Shown: piece by piece, positions 34,301-41,828 of the stretch
How the letters are laid out: each line of letters begins with the position of its first letter
Position numbering within the stretch: the first letter of the stretch is position 1
From: an uncultured virus (IMG/VR IMGVR_UViG_3300000301_000027)
Lineage: Duplodnaviria; Heunggongvirae; Uroviricota; Caudoviricetes; Crassvirales
IMG/VR virus record: IMGVR_UViG_3300000301_000027
Strand: one strand, 5' to 3'
Length of the DNA: 64,000 nucleotides
The notes under the pieces: generated by a model
Database searches by the model: none
The model's input: only the letters and a program-made list of their open reading frames with translations
What the model was told of the DNA's origin: nothing
Made by a program: the position numbers and the translations under genes

Positions 34301-36145
34301 ATAAGCTATTTCTTCTAATTTAGGATTTCTAGCTATAATATTAGATAAGTCATTCTTTTGAAGAATAAGTTGTTTATTATCTGCTATATGTTTTTTATAA
34401 TGATTTTTAAAATTACTTTCTCCTAAATCTTTAACTCTATTGATAGTATCAATATTTTTTAATACTTCTTGAGCTGCTCTATTTCTTAAAGCAAGTACTA
34501 TACTAGAAGCATCTTCTTTTCCTTCTATAATAGATTGAACAGCAGTATTTAATTCATTATTAAGAGTTTGGTCTAATGCTTGTTGTTTAATACCTTCTTG
34601 TTCAACTAAAGCATATAATGTAGTTGCTTTTTTATTTTTTCTAAAAGCAGGATATTTTTGAAGACTATCAATAGTAGGCTTTATTGCTTTTAATGTTTCT
34701 AAATAATTATTAGCTGTTACTTGATCTTCTCCTTCTAATGTACCTACTCTGTCTTCATACATTTGAATTAATTGATCTAAACTATCAGCTTTTATATGTT
34801 TTCCTAATTGTTCTTCAAATTCATGTTGAGATAAAATTTTAAAAGCATCTGGATTCTTTTGAACAGTAGCTATTTCTTTAGCTGTTCTATATTTATTTAA
34901 TCTATCTAATGCTTTTGTGTATATTTTATTTAAAGTAGGTCCTGCAGCTCTAAATAAACCTCCACCTGCTGCACCTAGTAAGATAGAAGTTTTAAATTCT
35001 ATATCATCAGTATATTTATCCCACCTTTCAGAAAATGATTCTCCTAACATTTTCTTTAATTCAGGGTCACTTAAAGCACTAAACTCAGCTTCTTTTTGAA
35101 TAACATATTGAGTGCCTTCTTCTAATCCTTCAGATACAGCATTCATACCATAATCTGACAGGGTATTAGCAATTCTTTTTAATCTAGAATTAGCATTTTT
35201 AAATGAAGCAAATCCACTTAAAATACTATCAAATTGAAATGCATCTAATAGAAATAAAGGCATATTAGCTTGCATGGTAATAGAAGCAGCTTTACCAGCA
35301 TCTAATCTTAATTGAGCTTCATCATTAACATATTTGTCATCTAATTTGTGAGCTTCAATAAAACTATCATAAGCCTCTTTAGCTTCCATACCAGATTCCA
35401 TAATTCTACTAGTAAGACCTGCACCTATATTAGCTGTAATTCTTGCTGTATTAGCTGCTCCTTTAGCTGTAGCACCAAGTCTCATTCCTAATTTTCCCAA
35501 TCCTTTTCCTACAACACTAAATCCTTTAGCTGCTGCTACTCCTGGAATCATAAGAGATAATGTTGTAGCAATACTTTCAGCATTTCCAGCCCAAAAAGTA
35601 GCATCAAACATAGCTTCCCATAGACTATCAGATTTAGATTGCATAGTTCTATAAATAGGATCAGTAAGATCATTCATAGATTCTTTTAATTTTCTAAATG
35701 TTTTAGAAAATTGATTCTCAAAATCTCCTACAATTTCTTCTCCAAATAAAGCTCTGTATGTATTAGGATTAACTAAATATCCTAATGATTCTAGAGTACC
35801 TGCAGTAATTGCAGATACTCCTCTAACAGCTCCTTTACCTATTAATCCTAGTAATGATTGTTGTTTAGCAAAATAATCTTCTCTTAATTCTGGATTAATT
35901 AAAGATTCATAAGACATATTTGTATCATATCCATCAGCTACATTATATTGAATAGGACTTCCTTGTAGCCAAGATTGAGGTGTTTGATTTTCTTGTGCAG
36001 CTTTTCTATAAATATCCCAGTTAGTTACTCCACTAGAATAAACATATTCTCTACCATTTGGAGAGTTAGGATTATCTATATATTCTCTACCATTCTCATC
36101 TGTTTTTATTTTACCTGTTAAGTTAGGTAACTTATCTTCCTCCAT
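25346..36145 (-). CDS. virion-packaged RNA polymerase polyprotein (~3600 aa) with N-terminal hydrophobic region and central zincin motif
   Basis: GSDFDVDKMY (27806-27820), YRIPTEDKYS, NATDGQTFIT, HEAFH (31829-31843). The DFDxD motif matches crAss-like vRNAPs. Start is ATG at 36145 or 36178. Confidence 0.88.
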   Translation of the reverse strand: MEEDKLPNLTGKIKTDENGREYIDNPNSPNGREYVYSSGVTNWDIYRKAAQENQTPQSWLQGSPIQYNVADGYDTNMSYESLINPELREDYFAKQQSLLGLIGKGAVRGVSAITAGTLESLGYLVNPNTYRALFGEEIVGDFENQFSKTFRKLKESMNDLTDPIYRTMQSKSDSLWEAMFDATFWAGNAESIATTLSLMIPGVAAAKGFSVVGKGLGKLGMRLGATAKGAANTARITANIGAGLTSRIMESGMEAKEAYDSFIEAHKLDDKYVNDEAQLRLDAGKAASITMQANMPLFLLDAFQFDSILSGFASFKNANSRLKRIANTLSDYGMNAVSEGLEEGTQYVIQKEAEFSALSDPELKKMLGESFSERWDKYTDDIEFKTSILLGAAGGGLFRAAGPTLNKIYTKALDRLNKYRTAKEIATVQKNPDAFKILSQHEFEEQLGKHIKADSLDQLIQMYEDRVGTLEGEDQVTANNYLETLKAIKPTIDSLQKYPAFRKNKKATTLYALVEQEGIKQQALDQTLNNELNTAVQSIIEGKEDASSIVLALRNRAAQEVLKNIDTINRVKDLGESNFKNHYKKHIADNKQLILQKNDLSNIIARNPKLEEIAYNLEKNFAERMISIDLLTEMQNLKTESEETTKEKSSPKSKEKVSEQTTKTSEEKTEEKVNKKKPKSSESPEQDVDSKASNDEGLDYSDTESGNISETTEFDIDDSITATMNEELFGPIQQDSNDIITDKSRSKDEVVNDIVESINSASNLNDYLAAREEAKKSAETSALSKEAFNKIYKSEDDLLRDFNLDNPTESQANAFAARFFDITEEPVAAELIKEALMNKTPINDQLLGGEEFVAYNEVLDYIKGLQESKQYGDVTPSQNIPDNIPVQEDNSQQSDNVETEYNQNDPLRLVSFKYSYDKYTDSQGNQRIKTIPQNRMDSIKYNSYISFDETIKPEVANVGSKVFFGIPEEFLQYQHSADDADILIYDENNNGISWLRREKKAREWKATDQEIHILKQQRALLYNKAVSYQGEPVLINGKRVIPCNVSSFITSKSYGIITHDGDNYYPIKEALQVDNVEDIKLGIVVGKETNGYTFNIPGVDMNNFHTPPADNFRTGHLFAMVQSANGDYFPLRLYTQKYNTLQQGSALHNYYRTNINNAFKKILDSDPEVSSKGSYELSKYVVIRLVKNNSADLPFMVQKYNGSEYEDVEAVSREEAINRVKESLINIPYNLLNKSGNKIMNELLNSDALQMNIFPGEPFHSPTFGYDRNLVDLNPVKETISEVKEPTKETKIEEPKPKEKITDPVEQSFEQTLTVDAVKELSNSPKKRGPLSGPNNKLANKLKGKNFIKPDLSRKAEWGKDDDKYRLMSEPLNYEKADLNKELSWLKENLPQLTDNELVEIHRGLINVGNLYAWGRFKDGIIELSDIAASGTTYHEAFHAVFNMFLTESETNKLLEKARKELGLTGKSDVAVEETLADKFRDYVETDQITNKSILDRISDFFKNIYYLIKNKLHLNPSIEQVFYNINRGRYSKKKFEKNRPLVERNWLSNITPSIYKRRVDMLVDTFEDIIDNLAQESPELSRVDVIKQYSLEDYILTIHDQLYASAHGDNAIYTDPIQIDAIDLITDELVQFDADGNPQFGQLALDMLKEISALEGITFKAQQIVDMDMNQQDENTEFMNNEEVVKQEGWQIDQMLISPVTKLRQSTRNIIRRIPKMTSDGTLVSPDDLGYQPYMSGTEVFATMLNKLSTMNKPSDLMKTLESLSQSFPWVDSIIDILKSNPKLQVDFYNSFRNDSVEYMIISSQSDGTMRVFGGNSVNKAGELLRIWSSNYSLASHNKEELVKSLKENSDKIYKIYQEVSGNPFRLHKVRLWKKNWKSGKFNNPQINAWAREVSGMLNTIGIDSKPSELVKVFQSNMRLNDDNSNFQPMQDFLLNSFRVLRAFHDTINKDDYDIRRNTYYDLELLPVNVRIKALSKALSNVRPSLYESSLREDGKTYSTNITPSFIGKLFKRLTDVEDKSAFEPFKKSFFYTNNEGKFTHPWLKELYNIKTKDLASEIQVSMFLEKDKTRYSELSKPDFLGSKINLWFNNGARDYGYFMLPIPSDASSMPVIRFVKSYDLSYSVDGLVELAKAEIRRIEVYNKRKALIKQGKLYSIKNFDVTINDQGKEKDGRGSKFLMFPFLNKYNLDELKTSEATLRKYIEEAMEEGFKKFKSNPDLDGTKYDKRITESKLKEFYYNDTLAQYSIMTMTSGDLAYYKNDVDFFKRNKQNMSPGQYGDWETLGIPEKFKAIRMKDNEIPSLVADAYYENLKLNGVSTTEAMIIASKFGYSNYTDSEGNKKVKLPNGQIIDSGLNNATDGQTFITLDRYRNIARMNSKWDDAKESSYQRLKNGTYNVEDILTFSLQPIKPYMFAPHITDSGVDINGKNTSLYQPLQNKNSEAVLIPQMVQNSPLLSALVKGMEDNGIDAVYFESAVKEGIELNTSQELKDKLRKQGKPILPDAVLHFNGDPRELSETNVKYYYLSNDDYMYQMDTPEHFRDTLQLFGSQIRKHIIANLDEDAEFYIEDMKFTGKNIASLFDDILAWNYDKNYKKVIDKIGTIDGLARELQGGVMQRKFAENTTEAVQLMNYKGEKVFKLPLYFPLQSNRIFQMISSIFRNNIIRNKVSGGALYQVSSYGFDNSLKVHMKDGHIEYVDCIMPYTYSNQLAQLADENGMIDPSKVEDKELLKVICYRIPTEDKYSAVPLRIKGFSSPAEGGIIKLPSDIITITGSDFDVDKMYFLSYAAKYTPARYNLSKIRTWMVNNGLLSDTFSSGNYQEEMNYLSDLLEKYDSGEKLSTEETEAMIEVSKFLKEHQDLIIQKSKLEKIKYNYKQFPEKQSVEASNNALIDIMYSILTSRDAFKTMISGANTSMFADVISTLEKIEKKKSGGDRLFDPGFLTDTYYEYMAGKALTGVFAANSANHSMLQFYNVNLNKKSAITLDGKTVTRISPVKTLDGTNNVTNILGSFLATVVDNAKTLTASKVNLNMFTASTYTLLLRMGFDPKTVMYFMSQPSLRLLSDKVMAKGDMFNYRDSIEEVIKAFSKHTNEQSRFDLIKSGFTQFKQSDLIKAIENYSKSGGDIDLYENAKQILILEAFKDLIEPANTLRSINSAMRSETYGAAPNPGDTIANLAKAKKLSKKTIVSGLGDILTYVSRGEEYEKLMHDPNIKKSLISANTNGVVEYDNFISKYTPFNTRIFTAYRSLLSEAIHDDLTGSEIDELNTIMLNHLTESLDFFKFTKEQKNAWIYKFPVKFLEIVNKDNYLKNINEFTRRLTVQNEFQTTLNGRQSISIIKFSGSRFDNEVAKDEAIRAFEYLWRTPKYTKLAEDLLKYNFVISGWGVTPNSFNHVVPISMINNIPGFNELFRETIFSDNIKVNIDNLIDSYIVNNFRNNRIVPEISKGDNYKFTDKDHSGLTLSHSSSINIKEGSYIKTPYRYIKFNNNGKIELYKLIGATKESAEYQRVSGYGTSTIFEFIEGESSFTSNHLSEKLMKSSELNANLKRHEAQAEIDLVKAMIEGETNTQNNEELDSELSDKLASVSKEAEQIKNHCKGK

Positions 36146-37901
36146 AAGAGGGGTTGAGTTTTCTTTCTCTACTAACATATTTTTGTTCTAGTACTAAAGG
36201 TGTTAATTTTTCTATAACTGAATTAAAAGGTAATCTTTGTTGTTCTGTATATCCTATGATTTGACCTCTATTGTTATATTTGGGCAAACTCATAGTTACC
36301 ATAGCTTCCATACCATTAGGTCCAACAGCTTTTTCCATTTTAATAGGCAATCCAGTGATAGGATCTGTAAAAGTTATTTCACCTCTACTATTATCATAAT
36401 ATTTATTAAATAAAGTATTTGCCACTATAAATTTAGATTGATCTGATTCTACTGGCTTTCTTACTGCTTGATATTTTTTACCATCTTTCATAATAATAAA
36501 TGCAGCCATAGCTCCATTTGCAGCAAAAGCTGTAGAAACTTCTTTTACTTTATTATCATCACTAAATTTAATAGCTTTATGAAAATCTTTTTGATCTTCT
36601 ATAGTTTTACCATCTATATACCAATCTTGAACAGAACCAGGTAAAGAACCTGTTTTTAATTCATCTATATCTTGTTTATATTTTTCTTCATACATTGCTT
36701 TAGGAACATACTTAAATGCAGCAGTAGTTTTATTACTCTTAGCATAATTATCTTCCCATTTAAGAACATCTTCTCTAGTTATATTAGGATTAAGAGTTTT
36801 TAAATATTCATATTCTTGATCTATAATTTGATTTGCATAAGTATTAGCAGCTTCTGCTTCTTCTTTAGTAATATTTTTAGTTCCAAATAATCCTATCATA
36901 CTATATCCTTCTGGATATAATTCTGAAGGATCTCTACCATTTTCATAAGGTTTCATAGTAGCCATTTCTGATAAGTTATCAGAAGCTAGCCAAGGTAATG
37001 ATAATATTTGAGTTTGAGCATCAGCACTCATACCACTAGAACTAATAGACCCATCTTGTAATTTTTTAAATAGTCCAAAATCATAATTAGTTTTATTTTC
37101 TACATCATTTCTATAGAAAGTCAAAGCTCCTTCATTACCTAGCTTATCTAGATCTTCCATGATATTATTAGTTAATCCTAATTGTTGTCTTTCTTTCAAA
37201 TAGGACATTGCTTCAGGATTACTCATTATTCTACTAATTATAGTATTTTTAATTCTTTCTGGAGATAAGGTTACAGTCTTATTAGAAGAATCTGTTATAA
37301 TACCTGTTGAAGGATCATATTTATATCCCAAATCTCTAGCAATAGTTTGAGGAGTAATTTCTTTTCCATATTTACTAACAAGCTCTTGTAAATCTACAGC
37401 TCTAGTAGAATACCATGGAGAATATGTTGCATTAGAACCTGCTCCACCAGATTGATTATATCTTTGTAAAGCAAATGCTAATCCTCTTTCATATTGATCT
37501 CTATTAATTTCTCCTTTTTCTAATCTCTTTTTTTCATCTTCAACATTCTTTAAATATTGTTGATAAGCTTGACTTGCTCTTCCTAAATAACCTCTGCTAG
37601 AGATAGCTTGTTGTTTTTCTTGCAATATCTGTCTAGCTCTTCTAGAAAGATCTTTATTATAACCAGATCTTAATAGTTGATCAGATAGATCATTAATATT
37701 TTCTTTATATTTATCCATCCATTGTTGTACTCCAGGTTTATCTACTTCTAATGCTGGAACATCAAATAAGCCTTCTTGATCTAATAAAGCTTGATATTGA
37801 TCATGTTTTTGTTGCATCATTTGTGGTCCTATAAGCATTTCTTGTAGAGTCATTGGATTATATGTCAATGGTTGAAATTGATCATAGTAGTTAACTGCCA
37901 T
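36132..37901 (-). CDS. virion cargo protein upstream of the vRNAP
   Basis: 589 aa, helical N-terminus (YNPMTLQEML..P). Called by position in the crAss-like layout. Confidence 0.6.
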   Translation of the reverse strand: MAVNYYDQFQPLTYNPMTLQEMLIGPQMMQQKHDQYQALLDQEGLFDVPALEVDKPGVQQWMDKYKENINDLSDQLLRSGYNKDLSRRARQILQEKQQAISSRGYLGRASQAYQQYLKNVEDEKKRLEKGEINRDQYERGLAFALQRYNQSGGAGSNATYSPWYSTRAVDLQELVSKYGKEITPQTIARDLGYKYDPSTGIITDSSNKTVTLSPERIKNTIISRIMSNPEAMSYLKERQQLGLTNNIMEDLDKLGNEGALTFYRNDVENKTNYDFGLFKKLQDGSISSSGMSADAQTQILSLPWLASDNLSEMATMKPYENGRDPSELYPEGYSMIGLFGTKNITKEEAEAANTYANQIIDQEYEYLKTLNPNITREDVLKWEDNYAKSNKTTAAFKYVPKAMYEEKYKQDIDELKTGSLPGSVQDWYIDGKTIEDQKDFHKAIKFSDDNKVKEVSTAFAANGAMAAFIIMKDGKKYQAVRKPVESDQSKFIVANTLFNKYYDNSRGEITFTDPITGLPIKMEKAVGPNGMEAMVTMSLPKYNNRGQIIGYTEQQRLPFNSVIEKLTPLVLEQKYVSRERKLNPSYGGR

Positions 37902-37922
37902 AGTTTATATTTTAGTGTGAAG

Positions 37923-37965
37923 TGTTGCACTTAGTTGTATACATAGATATAATCTAAATGCAACA
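37923..37965 (-). promoter_or_regulatory. long stem-loop in the predicted 5' leader
   Basis: UGUUGCAUUUAGAUUAUAU-CUAUGU-AUACAACUAAGUGCAACA: ~17 bp with one G-U pair, one bulge and one mismatch. Confidence 0.6.
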
Positions 37966-37970
37966 GATCA

Positions 37971-38002
37971 CAAAGATACTAAATTATTAAAGTTATTCCA
38001 AA
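37971..38002 (-). promoter_or_regulatory. Bacteroidota-type promoter for the cargo/vRNAP operon
   Basis: TTTG at 38002-37999, 20 nt spacer, TATCTTTG at 37978-37971. Confidence 0.78.
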
Positions 38003-38005
38003 TTT

Positions 38006-41000
38006 TTATGATTTTTTATATTTCACTTGTCCTAGAGCATCTAAATAATAATCCATACCCATAGTTTTAATAGTATTTCTATAAGCTTTTTCTCTACCTA
38101 TACTTCCTAATCCTTGCATAGCTCCAGATAGATAATTTCTAATAGCAGTTCTTCTAGCAGCTCTATTTCTAGCATTTATATCATCAGTCATTGTCTTAGA
38201 AGAAGCATTATATTGTTTAGCTCTAGCTCTCTCTGAAGCATTAAATTGATTAGTTCCTCTATTAAATTCTTTAGCCTGCACTCTTCTTTGTTCATTAACA
38301 GCTTCTGCTTGTAATGCAGCATCTGAAATTGCTTTTTGAGTTTGAGCATTTAAACCTAAGTTAGCAGCTAATATAGCAGCTCTTGAACCACCACTAGCAT
38401 CAGCAAAAGATCTTCTAGCATTAGAAGCTTGATTTAATATAGGATTAGTATATGTATTTGGATCAATAGGATTATATTGTAGATAATCATTTAATTGTTC
38501 TGGTGTAATATATGTAGGATTAACCTTTTCAGCTTTACCTACTGTTGCAGCTCCAATTAAATTACCTAATACTGGAGCATATTGTAGTAATGAACCTAAT
38601 CCTTGTAATTTCATAGCTCTTTCATGTCTCTTATAAGCTTGATAATCTTCAGGACTTAATGTGGCTAATTCTTCTGGTGTTAATTCAAAATCAGAAGTTG
38701 GATTAAAATTAACTTCATTTTCATGAGCAATAGCATTGCCTTCTAAGTCAGCTTCTAATTGATAAGGATCAAATCTTGGACCTGTTAATCCTGTTAAATC
38801 TCCAAAATTATATTTTCTATCCATCATTCTATCAAATTCTTCTTCAGTATCAATAGAAGGAATACTAGTTTTTTTTGTTGTAGAAGTATTAGTTTTAATT
38901 GGCTCAACAGTAGTTTTTTCATCTTCTCCTCCTTTAATAAATGGAGGATTAAAAGTATCCCCATAAGGTTTAGTATTATCAGGCAATATACCATTCCATC
39001 CACCTTTAATATCAGGAACTTTAAACAATTGTCTTTCTGGTGGAATTGGATATATTGGATCTGTTTTCCAATAATTTCCTCTATTAGGATTATCCATTCT
39101 AATATTAGTTTTATTAGATAATCTAGGATCTGAATTTAAATACCATCTACCATTTCTAAAATAAGCTCCATTTCTATTAGGACCAAATAAATCTCCACCT
39201 TTTGCAAATTGCTGTGGTTCTACAGGCATTTCTTGATTTAAAGGCTGTTCTAGCTCATTAGAGACATTTTCTTCTTCAGGCATATCAACTATACCTTGTT
39301 GTTCATCTATGGCTTGTACATCCTCTATTCTAGTCCATTTCTCTTTTAAGAAATTTTCTTCTTCTTCAGTAATAGGTTCATCAATTAATCCTATATGATA
39401 TAATCTAGTATAATAATCTTTATTTTCTGTTAGATGATCTAGAGCTATTTCTCTAGCAGCTTCTATACTATCTGTATGTTCCATTTCAACTTTAATACCT
39501 ACAGATATTTCTAAAGGATCAAATAATTCAGTAGCATTTTCTCTTACTTCTTCAGAAGCTCTACCACCTTTTATTTTTTCTTCTTTAATATTAGAAGCAG
39601 CAATTCTTTTTACTTGTTCATCTGTAACTTCTTTTAGCTCATTGCCTAGATTTTCATCCTCACCTTCTACTTCTTTAATAGAAGGACTAGGTTCCATAGG
39701 TTCTCCATTTAAACTTCCACCTTCAGCAAATGTGTTAGAATCTTCTAAATCTTTTTTCATATTATTTGCTGCTTGTAATCTAATCATCATTTCTTCAAAA
39801 CCTCTTTTACTAATAGGATCATTAGGATGTTCTTCTATATCTTTAGCTAATATTTCACTAGCTTCAGCAAATGTTTTTCCTATTAGATTAGAAGGAAGAT
39901 TTAATTCTTTGACTATATCTTCATCTAAAGTTAATCTATCTGAAAAGATATAATCTTGATATCTAGTTTCTCCTTCTTCAACTAGGTTTACATTTCCATT
40001 ATCACCTATACCTTGTGGTATTCCACCTATAGGAGATTCTTCATGACTACCTCCAGTATTAAAAGAAGTTAAACCACCTTCTGCAAAATATTTTCTGCCC
40101 ATTAAATTNNNNNNNNNNNNNNNNNNNNNNNNNNNNNNNNNNNNNNNNNNNNNNNNNNNNNNNNNNNNNNNNNNNNNNNNNNNNNNNNNNNNNNNNNNTA
40201 ATATTTCCACCATCAGCAAAGCCATATGCTTTTCCCATATAACTTTCTAATGTAGCCATAGTATTTAATCCTCTAGCTTTATTCTTAGCTCTTTTTTCTT
40301 TTCTTTTAGCTTTTTTCTTTCCAAATATAGACTTAATACCTCCAGCTATAGCACCACCTACAGCTCCAACAGCACCACCCACTACAGTTCCTATACCTGG
40401 AACAATAGATCCAACAGTTGCTCCTAATCCTGCACCTGCTCCTACAGAACTTCCTATAGCTTGTTTAGTGTCAAAATCTTTTTTAACTTTAGACACATCT
40501 ATATATGTAGGATCAAAGTTATTCTCTTCATCAACATCAGCTTGTTGATTTTCTCCTTGAGATGTTATTTTTGGAGAAGAAAATAATGTTGATATATTAG
40601 ACACAGTACTTACAGGATCTATGCTTCCTAAGCTAATTCCTTGTTTTGGAATTGTGGGATTAACTGCTTGTTGAGTTAATGTCTCAGGAGCTTGAGCTGT
40701 TAAATTAGGATTAATAATAGATCTAGCTACCATAGGAGATTCTAAAGGTCCTCCATCATATAATTGATTAGTATAATAATCTAATCCTAATAGTTCTCCT
40801 CCATTAGCATGTTTTAAGCTAGGATATTTTTTATATACTTTAGCTTTAATATCACTTCTACCATGTAATCCTGCCAATCTTAAAGCATCTCTAGCATCTG
40901 CTTTAGTTGGAATAGGATAACTTCTATGTTTTCCTGCAAAGTCAGAACTTTTAACTTTAGGATATGGTTTTTTTGAAGATCCATAATCTTTAGATCTACT

Positions 41001-41828
41001 TAAACCTCCTCCATCTTTATATATATTTGTTTGAGGCATATTCCATCCTTTATTTTGTAATTCTAATTCAGTATCTGTTGGAAATATATTATATAAAAAT
41101 TCTGCTTTATTTTGTATTAATTCAGCATTACTAGATTTAGAACTTTGTGCATCATGTAAAGCTTTTGTTATTTCTGCAACAGATGAATTTGGATTGTCAA
41201 ATATTTCTTTATATTTTTTCTTATCTTCTATTCTTGTTAAATATTTATTAACATAGAAATCAGTTTGTGCTAGAATTGGATTTTTATAATTTTTACCTTC
41301 ATCTTTTAACCAATCTTGATACCAATAAGAAGTTGGTTTTTCATTAGAAGGTGTATTGCTAAAATCTCCAACTCCTTCTTCAAAAGAATATAATCCCCTA
41401 TTTACAACTCCACCTTTAGTTCCTTCTTGTATTTTATTAGGATCCCAAACTTTACCTTTTACATATTTATTTCCTCCTTTAGCTGTTTCTTGGTGAGACA
41501 ATGCCATTAAAGCAGCTATTTGTTTTTTACTATATTTATCTTTTAATGCTTCATAAAAAGCTTTAGCATTATCAGCATCTTCTTCTTTAAACATTAAAGT
41601 GGATTTTTCATTTTTAAGATCTCCTAATATATTATGTTCTATTTTATCTATAGAAAAATTTTTTCCTGTAATTAAGGATTTATAATCAGAGAGTTTATTA
41701 ACAAAATCAGGATTATATAATCTTTGAATCATTTCTTTTATTTTGAGATTATTATAAGGAGAATCTTTATCTTTTATCTCATCTCTAAGTCTTTTTATTA
41801 GAATATCTCTTAATTCTTCATTATTCAT
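38006..41828 (-). CDS. modular virion cargo protein (~1270 aa) with Gly-zipper hydrophobic segment and xxxGG repeats; one gene interrupted by an N gap
   Basis: Frames are open on both sides of the gap (YGFADGGNI...NLMGRKYFAEGG) and the same motif recurs on both sides. Contains TGGSHEE..GGIPQG..VEEGET. Confidence 0.7.
40109..40198. other. assembly gap (90 N)
   Basis: Run of N. Confidence 0.99.

Noticed and set aside
40059..40225. Overlapping genes of 589 aa and 739 aa
   Set aside because: The apparent start MALLMVEIL and end FNGQKIFCRRWFNFF are out-of-frame readings across the N gap.
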